64,000 nt of DNA from Puccinia triticina (GCA_026914245.1 CP110440.1:2294001-2358000); one strand, 5' to 3'. Positions 1 through 12,115 are shown, counted from the first letter of the stretch. A program made the numbers and translations. The notes: generated by a model not told the origin, from the sequence alone.

Positions 1-560
1 TGTAGCTCCAGAACCCTGAACGAGTCAGTGAGAATGGAGCACCGATTCGTCGGAACCCACAACCAGTCAGTACACTGACCTGTGACTATAAATAAGAGGA
101 CTGTCCCCGCCAGAAGCTAACTGGTTCTTCATCTCCTCTTCACGCTTGCTTACCCGCTCATCCACACAGTTTCTCCAACACCTTTTCCTGCAATCTTCAC
201 GAGTAAAAGTCTAAACCTACATAAACATTTCACACTTCTAATCTTGTCTCGCCTGCTTAGGCCTAATCCTGTCTTTGCCAAACCTTGAACCTAATATCGT
301 CATCAGACTCATCCTGTCCTGTTCTAAATTCTCACTCTCGCTATCTTCGCGCTATCCCAATTCATTTTACACTTTTTCATTGTCATTGAATATCTTGTCC
401 GGTCACCTTAATCTTGTCTTGCAGCTACCCAACCAAGATCCTATTGGCCGTACCATTCTTCTCTCACACCAACTACTCTTTGATCATACCCTTGCTCTTA
501 GGTAAGAGCAAAAGATTGTTTTTCCTTGATTTGTCTCTTTCTTTAAACGGTCAATGATCT
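1..560. repeat. possible LTR fragment (unclassified)
   Basis: TATAAATA at about 87 followed by a long CT-rich tract, as in fungal LTRs; no partner LTR or TSD in the window. Confidence 0.25.
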
Positions 561-1277
561 GACCCGAATAAAAATGCTCTTAGCTCTGCTTAATCTCACA
601 TACACGTTGTAAGCATAATTTCCTGTAAGCATAGGATTTCCGTCCGCCATTTTTGGTTACCGCAAGTTTGATGCTTTTTATGCATAATGCACAATGCATA
701 AAAAATTGAGGGGAGAAAACAGAAATATGCTTATATAGGACTGGGAAAAGAGGCCAAGTGGCCATGGATACTACTGATCTCCATCTTGGAAACCACAACA
801 ATCTCTGAACTACAGCTCAGCAACCTCAAAAATTTTGGCCAGTGAGCAGGTAAAAGCTCCTTTCCCCAGAATCCTTGCAATATCCCAATCACCTGCTTCC
901 CAAATATCTTAAGCCACATAATGTAAGCATAAACTGCCCTGGGAATTTACAATGCTTATAAAGGCCAGTCTTATATAAGCAATAATTGATTTATGCTTAC
1001 TTTGCTACAAAGCATTCCTCAATGTAAGCATAGGATTTGTGTCCACCATCCTTATGCTCACATGGCGGGGTCACTGTATGAACTCGGTTTGTATCTAACC
1101 CAACTCTAAGATAATCTAGTGGAAGATGTTGGCTCCGTGGGTAGATTTGGCCTTGGGCCTTATCTGACATCTGTCAGGTGCACCACGGGGAAAAAATATA
1201 TAAAATGTGATTGCCCCCAGTGATCAACAAAACCGGAAATTTTGGAAAATCATCCAACAATTCTGCAAAACACAATA

Positions 1278-1478
1278 GGGGGGTTCACAATAGGATAAAA
1301 ATAAAACTTGAGAGCTAATTTTAAGGCCTTTATGAACAACTTTTCAAAAAATAAAGACTTTGCTCTGATTCTCAGGGGATACCCAGTCCTGTACACCTTG
1401 CCAGATTGTTAAAAATTTGTTGATAAAGACCTTCAAATTGACTCTAAAATTTTACTTTTATCCTATTGTGAACCCCCC
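1278..1478. mobile_element. MITE with TA target-site duplication
   Basis: TIR GGGGGGTTCACAATAGGATAAAA (1278-1300) inverted at 1456-1478, extending imperfectly to about 37 bp; TA at 1276-77 and 1479-80. Confidence 0.85.
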
Positions 1479-1480
1479 TA

Positions 1481-2835
1481 ATATGTGTGTTGAAACTATA
1501 TAAAGATAGATGATGGTGGTATGTCACTGGTGTGTAGTAAGGAATGAGAGGGGATTGATAAATGTATATGTAGCAAGGGATGAGGGATGATGAGTGATTC
1601 AATCTTGGCCCTTGCCAATGTAGCACTGCAGATGCACTGAAATTTTCACAAGCTTCTCCTGAAAGGGGAAAAAATTGAATCAAACAGAATCATGTGAATC
1701 ATGACGAAAAGCCAAGGGCCAACCGTCACTATTACAAGAAATTTTTCGGCAAGCCCAACCTTGAGTCTTTCGCGCTGTTCAGCAATCTCAATATCCGAAG
1801 TCGGTTCTTCTTCTATGACGACCGGTCGTCGACAACTTGGGCAATAAGCCTTTCCTGCGACGCAAGGTTTGTGAAATTCATGGCCACACCTACTACATTG
1901 TGTGATTCCTTGACCTCCAACACCTCCCCCACAGACAAGACAGCTCTTTGTTCCACCACGATATACGGCTGCTTCCTGTTCGTCGGCTATATGTATATGA
2001 ATTTCGCCATTGAGTGCAGGATGAGATGAACTGAGGCTCAAAGCTCCTTGGCTTCCTTCTGAATTCTACAAACAATAACCCACAGTTCAGTCGCAAGGAG
2101 TCTTCCAGTGGGGTAATCTAGGCCTCCAACTTACCCCATGATTGGACGGCCTAGCTAAACCCACGACCTCCCGACCGGATTCATGAAGAGTATTCATCGC
2201 GAAGCATCTCCCAACAAGAACCTATTGAATATGAAATTTCGTACATTTTTTAGACTCTGAAAATCAGAGGAAGGATGATGAACGGGCTCATGTACCAGGA
2301 AAATAATTAACCGGGCCGCCATGGGGGATATCGAAACACGGCTACGACCTTGCCGTTTGGGATGAATGATCGGATTAAAAGCTACGCCAATTATCAAAGA
2401 GCGCGGGGCGCGGTTGTGAAAACCGGGTGTTCAATTGCTAGATCGAAAAGCGAGTGCTTGTAATTTTACGTAGTGGTTCACTTGATAGGCAAGGGATCTT
2501 GGAACGGGGGCATGTTTTCGAGGCCATTCCCTTTCTGACCTTTTATATTGGTGCCTCAGGGGAAAACCACATGGAGAAGAGACCAATTTCTTGCATGTAA
2601 CATATTCCGCGTTTGATAAAAAGTTTCATTGAAAAGGGCTTGGATGCATGGAGTGCTGTGTAATTGAACTACAGTGAAGCCTGCCTTCAGAACCCTTTGG
2701 ACTACAAGATGACACGTTCTCGGCGGATCTTTCTTTCGCCCGGTCGTAAAACCAGAGATGACATATGCCGGCTGCCCGAAAACACCCGGGTTTTTCACTG
2801 TTGACGCCCTCTATAAACAAATGATCCGTTCAATA
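1481..2835. repeat. segmental duplicate A of the RING locus (3' flank, gene, upstream region)
   Basis: Colinear similarity with 40293-40415 and 42470-43640, and with 7109-7419. Confidence 0.85.
1646..2322 (-). CDS. signal-peptide RING-H2 protein with C-terminal hydrophobic helix (177 aa), copy A; candidate effector E3 ligase
   Basis: Exons 2322-2296 (MAARLIIFL), 2221-2135 (VLVGRCFAM...NHG), 2065-1646; GT-AG introns of 74 and 69 nt. C-x2-C...C-x-H-x2-H-x2-C...CPxCR motif; hydrophobic tail FLVIVTVGPWLFVMIHMIL. Exon structure matches the paralog at 42467-43151. Confidence 0.8.
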
Positions 2836-3016
2836 TTGACTAGCGGCAAGGTGGCTTGTTTGATTTTGGACCAACACCAATGAGGAGAATAATAAAGCGC
2901 AGTTTTTAAGTGTTGCAAACACCAAAGATACAGTCGGAAAGTTCTGATAAAAAGGACCGTTGAACTCACTCGAAGGGGGTGTGCCTTTGCAGATCAGACT
3001 GAGGGTGGGCTGAAGT

Positions 3017-3092
3017 CTAACTTAACTAAGTCCCTCTCTATGTGGAGGGGGGACGCCGTCCCGCAGGGACCCTCCGAAGGAGGGACTTATGC
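3017..3092. repeat. dispersed repeat terminus (TAACTTAAC.AAGTCCCT...AGGGACTT) of an unclassified element
   Basis: Related copies at about 3912-3982, 4078-4137, 7085-7108, 21828-21920, 22425-22545 and 55665-55718, in both orientations. Confidence 0.55.
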
Positions 3093-3262
3093 GCCATGTC
3101 GCCCCTCTTGCCTGAGAGCATCAGGAAAATTGAGCTTTTTTTTCAATCTGCTGTACAGCTGCCATCTCTTATTGGGTGACTACAAAGTCGCCCAACAAAA
3201 TGAGGGGCTTATCCAGGAGAATCTCTGTGTCTCCTTCTTGAACTTGTGAGGGCCTTCAATTA

Positions 3263-3439
3263 TGGTGTTCAAAGTTGGTTTGCATAATTTTATGCATGCA
3301 TAAATCATAAAATCATAAAAATGTTTTGGTGAGGAAATTTTGTATCACATAATCAGACAGTCATATCCCCTGCAAAAAAGATTTTATGATTTTATGATTT
3401 ATGCATGCATAAAATTATGCAAACCAACTTTGAACACCA
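3263..3439. mobile_element. MITE with long TIRs and TA TSD
   Basis: About 58-bp inverted arms starting TGGTGTTCAAAGTTGGTTTGCATAA; TA at 3261-62 and 3440-41; second family member at 58802-58949. Confidence 0.85.
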
Positions 3440-5239
3440 TAAATGTTTGGTTAATTGTGTGTTTTTACAATTTTGTTTGTCCAAAGAGACTGAAACAATA
3501 AATCCTGTATCAATTGCCACATCTCATGGAACAAAGATTCTGCATGAAATACAGCAGTTGAAATGATTAATCAAAAAGCGTAAAGAACTATTGCTACTTA
3601 AATGTCTATACGCACTCATGGGCTACAGTCATTGAAACAGCAATATAGTATGTTTCAGCACTGAATACAGTTTGAATGTGTGGAAGTGCCTGGAATTCAA
3701 GTGTAATGCCCAAGAGGAAATGAAAAATCTACACATCAGGATAGTGAAGGCAGCTGATGGGATGGAGACAAAAAAAAACAGTAGGTACATGGGGACCGCT
3801 TGATTGGTCCCAGAAATGAAAACTAGAAGGAAAAGCGTCCAAAGACAAGTGCGTGAGGTTGATTATGAAAAACTGCCCACCGAAAGCTGAAATGCTCTCA
3901 GGCCACGGAGTTGACTTAGCACGTAAGTCCCTCCTTCGGAGGTTGCTGCGCTCCCCCGAGAGGGAATTTAGCTGAGTTAGGCTGAAGTGCGCACACAAGT
4001 CTGACTTGTCTAAGCCTCCCGGGACTGGGTGTGCAGAGCACCCCAATGCAAAGAATATCCTATTCCCAATGGAATCACAAGTCCCTCGCTTCGGGGCCTG
4101 GGCTGGCGTGAAGCGCGACCTCCAAAGGAGGGACTTTCAGGTAATCACAAGATTTTGGCGTGAGGGCTTTCACCCTTTTGGTGGGAGCATCCCCCTTTCC
4201 GGTGTCTTCCCCTACAATTACTTCACGCCTGTGGTACCAGATGAAAGGCCTGAATTTTATCTTCCTTTTGGTGACAATCAATTTTCTTTTCCTTCTCACA
4301 CTGTTATCCCTTTAGGCTTTACCATTTCAAATTTTCTCATTCTTGAGTGTTTGGCCAAAACTGTGTATGTAAATTCCGCAAAATTCCATGTGGATTCAAT
4401 TGAGATACAGAATTCTATCCTCCAGCCACCTCTGCTTCTGGGGAATGGAAAGACTTCCCCTCTGGTTTACTTTTCACCATCTCCAGAGTACATTGAAGCT
4501 GGGATTCTCAGCTATCCTTGGCACTTCAGCTCACTGTCTCACAATAAGTGTGTGCTTTGAAATGTCAATTTGATTCAAAAAATTGGCCAAAGGCGTGATT
4601 TTGCCGAAGCTCTCATGCAAAAGAATGCTGATAACTCATAAGCCTACCATTGGTAATGGGAGACGCTTTGCATTGGTGTTCTCTGCACCTCCAGTCCTGG
4701 GAGAATTATTTGGAGGTTGCGCTTCACGCCAGCCCAGGGCCCCAAAGCAAGGGACTTGTGATAATTCAGGGAAAAGTGTGGTCAGAACTGATGATGAAAT
4801 TCTTGGTTAGTCTCAGGGTTTCAAAGACTAAATACAAGGTGTTAAACATGTGGGCACGAGTTGGAAGAATCACAATGGACAAGGAAAATGTTACATGCAT
4901 TAACAAGTGAGTGAGATTTTTGTGAAAGAGGAAAAGAAGAAAAGGAGTGTAGAATAGAGAATAACCGTTTGGACCCGGGTACTGGGGTATTTTTTTTCCA
5001 AAGCAGGGACCAAGTACCGCACCTGGCACCGCCTGGCGGGTACCAGCAGTACTTAAGGCGGGTACAGGCGGTACTTTGCACCTTTTTCTCAGCTAAGATC
5101 ACTTCTAAGTTTTCAAGGAGGGCACCTTTGATGTCTACATCCGCGGCCCCCAAACCTACACCTACGTCCCTGCCCCCTCCAACAAAGCACAGGGGACACT
5201 CATGAACCTCGCCCCGGCAACGGAGAAGCCAGCAACCCA

Positions 5240-5474
5240 GGCCCACAGAATTAAGAACGGGGCTGGGTCAATCCAATGTGGCAGAACCCCCTTTGATGGA
5301 TCAGCCACCAACAGGACCACCATCAGCTACCAAGGAATTAGCAAGAAAGTCAACCACTACGGCCCAGGAAGGGCGTTTGGTGAGCTAGCCCTGATGCTCA
5401 ATGCCCTGCAGGGGGCAAAAGTGGTGGCAACATTGCCAACAGCCATCTTATGGGCCCTGGACAAGATCACCTAC
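5240..5474 (+). pseudogene. decayed fragment of a cyclic-nucleotide-binding domain (PKA regulatory subunit-like)
   Basis: YGPGRAFGELALMLNALQGAKVVAT...LWALDKITY resembles the GELAL..NAPRAATVVA...LWALDR cNMP motif; cut by an LTR at 5475. Confidence 0.7.
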
Positions 5475-6313
5475 TGTGATCCTGTGTCTCTTATGTGACA
5501 GCGGGATAAAAGAAAAAAGGGGTACTGTTTGGATTTCTTGGGATAAATGATAAAAACAGAGAGAGAGAGGAAGAAAGACAGAGAAACAGAGAATGATGAG
5601 GCCTAGACTTAAAGTATTTGATAATGATCAGGGTTATTCTCAACCTGGAAAAGTTGGATTCCAGTTGTGCCAGGCCAAGAGAGTACAACAGCATCCACTC
5701 ACACCAAGGAAACGGTGGTGGGAATCAGAAGTAGGGTTACTACTCTGCTCTGGTTTTCAGCCTATGTCTAGGTCTTACAAAGAGACAAAATTTTGATCCT
5801 CAATGGGTTGAAGTGAAGAGAGAAACAAGGAGAGAAGATTCAAGAGCAACAGAGTTCACTCTGAGATAAAAAAGCTCAGTGAAAGAGTGTAATTACTGTC
5901 AATATCCTGTGGTGATACTGGGAGTGAAGTTGCCTCTGTTTGGGGATCCTGGGGTGTCTCTGGGTGTTGTTCTGGTGTGCTGAAGTCTGTGGATCCTCCT
6001 GATGCATGGGGGATCCTGAATTTGAATATTTTCACAATTTGCTTATGTAATTACATATGGACAAGTGGTTGGCGCACCTGGTAGCAATTACACGTCACTG
6101 CTGTGCATGTGCACCACAACTCAAGAACTCTAAGAAGTAGTAGAGTTACAGAGAAATGGTAAGTTCTAACTAGGGTTAACATTAAATGAGGAAACAGGAT
6201 CTGAATTCAAAACAAGGATAACTCTTAGGATGAATAAGATATGATGTAATTTAGATATAAGAAAATAGAAAAAGGCAGACTTTATTCCAGCTGCGCTGGC
6301 TCTAAGGCTGACA
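5475..6313 (-). mobile_element. solo/remnant LTR related to the chromovirus LTR at 33841-34762
   Basis: Reverse complement begins TGTCAGCCTTAGAG and ends ...GCTGTCACATAAGAGACACAGGATCACA, matching both ends of 33841-34762; flanks CCTAC/AGACC are not a TSD. Confidence 0.8.
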
Positions 6314-7108
6314 AGACCGGCAAACTGATGGAAAATAATTTATAAGATTTATGTGTAAATTTATTCAGGTCAGCTAGTCATTAGCAGAAACAACCCCAGG
6401 CTCCTCTACCTACATCCATCACCCTTGATCAATTCTAATGGGCTTCACAATAAACACACAAATGGTTCATCAAGCAGAGTACCAAACTCTCTGGATGGTT
6501 GGAATCCCTTGATGACCAATCATCAAGAGGGTGGTGTAAACCTTTCTTTCTGGCAGGTTCATCAAGAGCTCCCCCTGGGCCCTATTTCACCAATCACACT
6601 TTGAGAGGAGTCCCTTCATGAGGAATCCTGAAGAATGTTATATTGCTCTGAAGATCCATTCTTAGATTTTCTGAGAATTTGCAAGGGTGGATATCTGATC
6701 TGCAACAACACGGAACAATTGAGTGGCTAGAGGTGTAGGATCTGCAGATATCCATGAGGTTTTGAATCCAAGATCCACAAGGCATGGTGGTTGTAGATCC
6801 TTGGTTTTCATTTCTTCACTTTTTCTTATACATAAAACATCAGTATACAGAGAAAAATTGGGATTGAAAAGATGAGACCAGCGCCAAATAAAAGCTGAGG
6901 TCTGGAAGTATCACTTTTCTCTGGGGCGGGTCTGTAGAGGCTGGTTCAGGCTTATTATTTTCCTTCCAGCCATTTGCCTTTTCTGTCTAACCAAATTTTT
7001 TAAACTTGTGCACAAGTCTGTCTGTGGAGGGGGGGGGGGGGGGGGGGGGGGAGGCTCTGCCACCAGCCACAACAAACCTCCAACCAGGGGGGACTTGTGT
7101 TAAGTTAG

Positions 7109-7419
7109 GTGTATGTGTGTTGAATTATATAAAGTTAGACAATGGTGGTATGTTACTGGTGTGTGCGGAGTAATCAATGTGTAGTGAGGAATGAGGGATG
7201 ATGGGTGATTCATTCTTGTGTGGTACACGTTTCATGCATCTGTATTTTGTGAAATCACATTTTTTGATTTTTCCAAACGGTGGCCGGATGCGTGTCCCTC
7301 TAGGGCTTCCGTAAAAACTAGACATGACATATACCCGCCCGAAAATGCCGGGTTTTTCCAGAGGCCCTCGTTCAAGATATGATCACAATGTTTAATATTG
7401 ATTAAAACATGTGCAAGTA
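7109..7419. repeat. segmental duplicate B (left part): RING-gene flanks with the gene itself missing
   Basis: 7109-7220 matches 1481-1610; 7320-7419 matches 43565-43668. Confidence 0.75.
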
Positions 7420-7879
7420 TTAACAGTTTAACATTAAGCGGACCGCCGCGCCCACCAAAAAAAAAAATGGCAGCATTTCTCCCTTCCCCCATCCCCAAAA
7501 AAATTACAGGTACCAATGCACCTGGATCGCTTGGCTCTTTAAGCAATTGGCGCCGAGCAAGAGCCAAGCGATGACCAGCAATCATTGACTCGCTGCCTCC
7601 TTTTATACTTTTCCCGTATAATTCAATTCAACCTGGACTCCGTTAATTTAATTTCCTTTTCCCCTCCCACCTTCGCCCACATCCCCCTCCCCTTTTTGTT
7701 CCATTGTCACCTTTCCACATGCAATCAATCACTAGAAAATGGTTACCTGAGATTCTTTTCAGAACTCTTAAAATCACCCCAAGCCATTCTCCAGGCTGAC
7801 ACCTTTTCCGGTGTGCCTCCGAGTCTTCCCGGACGCAATTGATCCCACAAAAAAGGGAAACTGAATTTCATTTCAGAAA

Positions 7880-8940
7880 TCGTGACTTTATTGCGCTTCC
7901 GGGAATGGATTCTTCCCCAATTTCCTCTGAGGTTGTGTCCAGGACAAGGTCTTCGACCATTTCTCCGATCCATAATAAGTAATCCATGTCCAGTTCAATG
8001 ACCGCGAACTTTTTCTACCTCTTAACACCTTCTCCGGCATCCCTCCGAGCTTCCTTGGCAATATGACAAACAAAACTTCAGTTGACGGTATTGGAACTGC
8101 CGTAGCCGTCAAGCGCGAGACAGCTGAAAATAACGGTCATGTTGAAAATAACCTTATGGTGACCATGCGCCACCACGACTGGGATCCACAAGTACGGTTT
8201 CCCCCTGAGCCCATCTACATGAAATCACCCACAATCCATATTATTGCATACACTAATTTTGAAATTGTCCAAATTTGATCGGTCCAAAATTTGGCATCCC
8301 CGGTCAACGCAACATGGCCAATACCCATTTCCTCTTTCAAGTCAACCAAGAATTTTCCCTGATTGGGTTTCTTTGTGACTGGGACATGGAGAATGGGATG
8401 CCAGTAGTCAAGGTTTGTCATAACAGATAAAATGAATAATTTATGTCTTTGGACTCAACTGATGATTTCATGTTATCCCTCCCAGGTCCTCGCCCTCAGC
8501 TGTATTAATCCACCAAGTGGCAACCGCGGTGCCAGTCCTCTGCCCCCTCCAGGTGGGAACGGCAGTCCCGCAAGACCTGGAAGAAACCTGTAGGTTTAAG
8601 CAAATATTTTGGTCTTCTATCCTATTTGCCACGGTGCTTATGTATCTCGGATGTTGCGTACAGCGCCCGTTGGACTGGTAGCGCACGGGCTTCAGCATCC
8701 ATCCATCCCTTGCCAGTCGATGCTGAGCAACCAGTCGGGACATCGCAAATCCAAGTCGATGATGCTATGATTACCCCGACCGCATCTGAAGTCATGACTC
8801 ATAGGTGCCGGCCCGGTTGACCGCTGTAACTCGCCAACGGACGGAATCCAACTTACTGGCGAATGCATTCCGACATCCCAAAGAAGAGCTAAAGCTCCTG
8901 TCAGCGTTATCCCAAAACGCCAACGGGATGAGCAATAGGT
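7880..8940 (+). pseudogene. decayed spliced passenger gene of the Helitron (unknown, beta-strand-like core, S/P-rich tail)
   Basis: Segments ...NMTNKTSVDGIGTAVAV...VTMRHHDWDPQ|gt, PKFGIPGQRNMANTHFLFQVNQEFSLIGFLCDWDMENGMPVVK|gt and ag|VLALSCINPPSG; stops and frameshifts present. Confidence 0.5.
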
Positions 8941-9424
8941 GACTTGCGCATCTTGTCCGAGTTGGCTGGATCTGCCAACATTTAAAATGGCAATATTTTC
9001 ACCTTTGCAATTCATTGTTATAATTATTAAATTGGCAACGCTTAGCTCCATCTACTTATCACCCTTTCCCCTCTCCATGTATGAAAATAACCTTCATCAG
9101 TAATACGTCTGCTTCTTTCCTAGGCCTTGAACCAAAGTTTTCCAGCCTTCTGTATCTGCTGATTTTCTCTCTTGGTTTTATTCTGAACTGTGGAATTCCT
9201 GCAGGCTAGGCTTCAGCCAACATGCTGATTCTCCAATCGGACATTAGCGGTTTAACATTAACAGGACCAACAGGCGCCCGCCAAAAACTTTTTTGGCAGC
9301 ATTCCTCCCTCTTTGCCATTACAACAACAAACTACAGGTCTAATCTGCCCTGGATCGCTTGGCTCTTTAAGCAATTGGCGCCGAGCAAGAGCCAAGCAAT
9401 GACCTGAAACCATCTACAGGCCGT

Positions 9425-10207
9425 TGTGGAACTACTCTTTGGGGGAATAGAGTTTAGAGAGGGATGAGTGCGTGAAAAGCTGCCTCTCAGGTTGGGAGAG
9501 TAATATGGGACAAGAATAAGAGTATGGACTCTTAAAGAAAAGTGTGGCTGATGAAGTATTGAGAATAGTGCTTTCTAGACGAAATCAAGGGGGAAAATAT
9601 ACTGTAAAATATGTGGTAAAATAGGCTATGTAATTCTTATTCTGTGACCAGGGATGCAAAGTGACAATCTGATGGGGGACAAACAGAATGGGCCAAAAGG
9701 CTCTACATTTATAGTGAGGGGACAAAAAGTGGTTCTGAGAAGAAATAGAAAGATGGGGACAGGGTACAAAAAGCCTCCCACAAGGTGACAAGGCAACAAA
9801 CCAACAAGGCATCTACTACATGGCTTGGGATGACATAAGAGGGAACAATAACCATGGCGCATCAGCCGCCATGCATCTGAGAAAGAGTTGCGCCTTGCTG
9901 GAATATAGAGGAGTTAATTCTTGTGAACACTCAGGGTCCTTCCTAATAGTCTGCCTCTGTTTGATGGTGGACTTTCTCCCACTTTGAACCGGATTTTGTA
10001 CATATTTTATTACCCATTGTGGAGGGCCATCCATGAAAGTGAATACTGAGAAGTTTAGGCGCCTTGTAGAGATGATTCTAGGCTATTATGAAGTGTCTGT
10101 GGGCGTGGATTACATGTACCAGTGTGATTTCTAGAGGGCATTGGGCGGTGATTCCTTCCTGGTGAGTGTCTGAGTGATGTAATAAAGTTTTGATTAGGCT
10201 CACCACA
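9425..10207 (-). repeat. 3' LTR
   Basis: Direct repeat of 18344-19126; adjacent to the PPT. Confidence 0.97.
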
Positions 10208-10670
10208 TCCACCCCCAAATTAGATGATGTCCCCATCATCCAACCTTGAGTGAGGTGTGACGAAGAGAGGAGAAAGAAAATAGGGCAAGGCAAAAGAAGA
10301 CTGTGACATGGCAAGTTGATTGGTTTTTTGTGCAGATTTTTTTTTTGTATGTTTGATTTTCCTTCTGGCGTAAAAAAATTGAGATGAGTTTGAAGAATAG
10401 AAAGGCTATGAACAAGTGAGGCAGAAATAAGATTTGGTTGATTTATATTTCTTTAGTGAATTTTATGCTGTTTTTCTTGTTTGATTTTATAGTAATTCTT
10501 CAGGAAATAATGTGACGATGAAAAGGTATATCTAGATGAAGAAATAAAGGGAAAATTTAACAAGACTTTCTAGTGGAAATGGGTGGAGAAACCACCCCCA
10601 AATTTAAAGTGTGATCCTTGCGGCGTAGCTATCCTTAGTTTCGTCTCCAGGGCTGTTTATGTCATCCGCG

Positions 10671-11018
10671 CTAGAAGTTCCAGACCTCGGCGCTCCTCCT
10701 TCGTCGTTGCTCGCGCTTCCAATAGCAATCCGTCGGCTTTCGCGCTTCCAATAGCAATCTGTCGGCTTTCGCGCCATCAAGAGCTCCAATAGCTTTATTA
10801 GCCCCCTCCCGACTTGTGAACACAACCAGCGCAAATAACTCCATCCCAGATCCGACGTGTGGCGTAAAAGACTCTCTAATAGATCCGTGCTCTTTCAAAG
10901 CTTCCGTGATGTCTGCGGCGGACGTTCCTGGCGCGATATTAAAGAGGTAGATGGGCCAAAAATGTGCTAAGGAGTATTCTGCTGACTGATTTGCAGGGAC
11001 TTTAAAATGGTCACTCAT
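10671..11018 (-). CDS. RRM-like RNA-binding ORF (115 aa) inside the retrotransposon 3' region
   Basis: RNP2-like IYLFNI, RNP1-like LFALVVF, followed by A.KAI.ALDG; a 29-bp tandem duplication (10711-10768) alters the C-terminus. Confidence 0.65.
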   Translation of the reverse strand: MSDHFKVPANQSAEYSLAHFWPIYLFNIAPGTSAADITEALKEHGSIRESFTPHVGSGMELFALVVFTSREGANKAIGALDGAKADRLLLEARKPTDCYWKREQRRRRSAEVWNF

Positions 11019-11374
11019 TTTGAAGGGGTTGTATTGAGTTGATCACGAAAATGTTTATCCGAACAGGTTGGCTAGACGTGAGTTTGTCGTGATAAGAAAG
11101 CTCTTGCAAGATGGGGGGAAAGAAACTGGTTTGTGCGTCGGTCGGTCAAACCCCTCAAACAGCAAGCACAACACAAATTATCGTGCCATGTTGTTAGATA
11201 AGTAACTGGCCGGACTGGGCATGGCGCGACCTGTTGTCGCATGAGTTCTCTTTTTTTTTTTTTTTTTTTTTTATCTCCAGTTTACATTATTCAAGTTGTG
11301 TTTGTTGATTTGGTTTCGAACCTGCCTAGGCCAAAAAAAACTTGCTTTCTTTTTTTATTTGTATCGCCGCGTGT

Positions 11375-11560
11375 CGTGGTCGCAGAGGTGTAGGCCAAAG
11401 ATTTTGTAACGGGCTAGCCGAAAGCTCAAAGTCCTCTTAGTCGCAGAGATGGGCCGAAGGTCATGTTACTGGCTAGACGAAAGCTTGTAGTCCGGCGTGG
11501 TCGCAGAGATCTAAGCCGATGATCTTGTTCCCAACTAGACGAAAGTTTGTAGTCCTCGGA
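11375..11560. repeat. three degenerate units of about 63 bp (GTCGCAGAG...CTAGACGAAAG) between the divergent accessory ORFs
   Basis: GTCGCAGAG recurs at about 11379, 11440 and 11500; CTAG.CGAAAG at about 11413, 11473 and 11535. Confidence 0.6.
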
Positions 11561-11698
11561 TTCTTCCGAGCCAAAGGAGAGCACCCAAGGCTATATAAAG
11601 GGGATTGAGATGATGGCAAACTCCAATCCCCCAACTTCTCATTACTATCATTCCTTGCTAATCCAACACACAACCTTCGCCTCTTTCTCCTGTTGAAC

Positions 11699-12115
11699 AT
11701 GTCCTTTATACCTGAATCGCCTATTGATGGTGCCTGGGATCCAAACTCCCAAACAAACGCGCGCAGCGGTTACGGCGAAACAAATACTCCCTTATCTTTA
11801 GTAAATAATTATCCCCTCGGTTCACAAAACTATCCTATCTTAATCCACTCCAACGACGACGATTTCATTGCTGGAGCACATGTAGCAGCCTCCTATGTCA
11901 CTCGGGTTGTTGAGCTCCCGCAACTTCATGTTTTTCGGCAACACCTCCGCCTCCTTGTCGCCAGAGCGCAATTCCAACATAATCAACCAACTAGAAGAGC
12001 TCGTCGAAATGGCCGTGCCCGCGGCAGTCGTCCGGTGGTCCTGGAATTCCGCCATGTTGAGCGCGAATTTGAGGCGCTGATAAATGGTAGCTTTGAGATT
12101 CAAATGGCCTACTAA
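11699..12115 (+). CDS. antisense accessory ORF of the retrotransposon (138 aa, unknown function)
   Basis: ATG at 11699, TATATAAA at 11592, open frame flanked by T-rich non-coding DNA; Arg-rich patch RRARRNGRAR. Confidence 0.45.
   Translation: MSFIPESPIDGAWDPNSQTNARSGYGETNTPLSLVNNYPLGSQNYPILIHSNDDDFIAGAHVAASYVTRVVELPQLHVFRQHLRLLVARAQFQHNQPTRRARRNGRARGSRPVVLEFRHVEREFEALINGSFEIQMAY

Noticed and set aside
600..1070. GTAAGCATA-repeat segment as a MITE
   Set aside because: Repeats are real, but I could not define TIRs or a TSD
2137..2139. ATG just before the second RING intron as the start codon
   Set aside because: Splicing from it hits TGA within 10 codons; the upstream two-exon model is open in both paralogs
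7029..7051. G23 homopolymer as a functional G-quadruplex
   Set aside because: Sits in TE debris, homopolymer length is unreliable, and there is no supporting context
9585..10034. Short ORFs inside the LTRs
   Set aside because: Duplicated only because the LTRs are; no motifs
11500..11560. Hammerhead-like CCGATGA...CGAAA
   Set aside because: Core is not CTGAnGA, the stem II closing pair is mismatched, and the motif is not kept in neighbouring units
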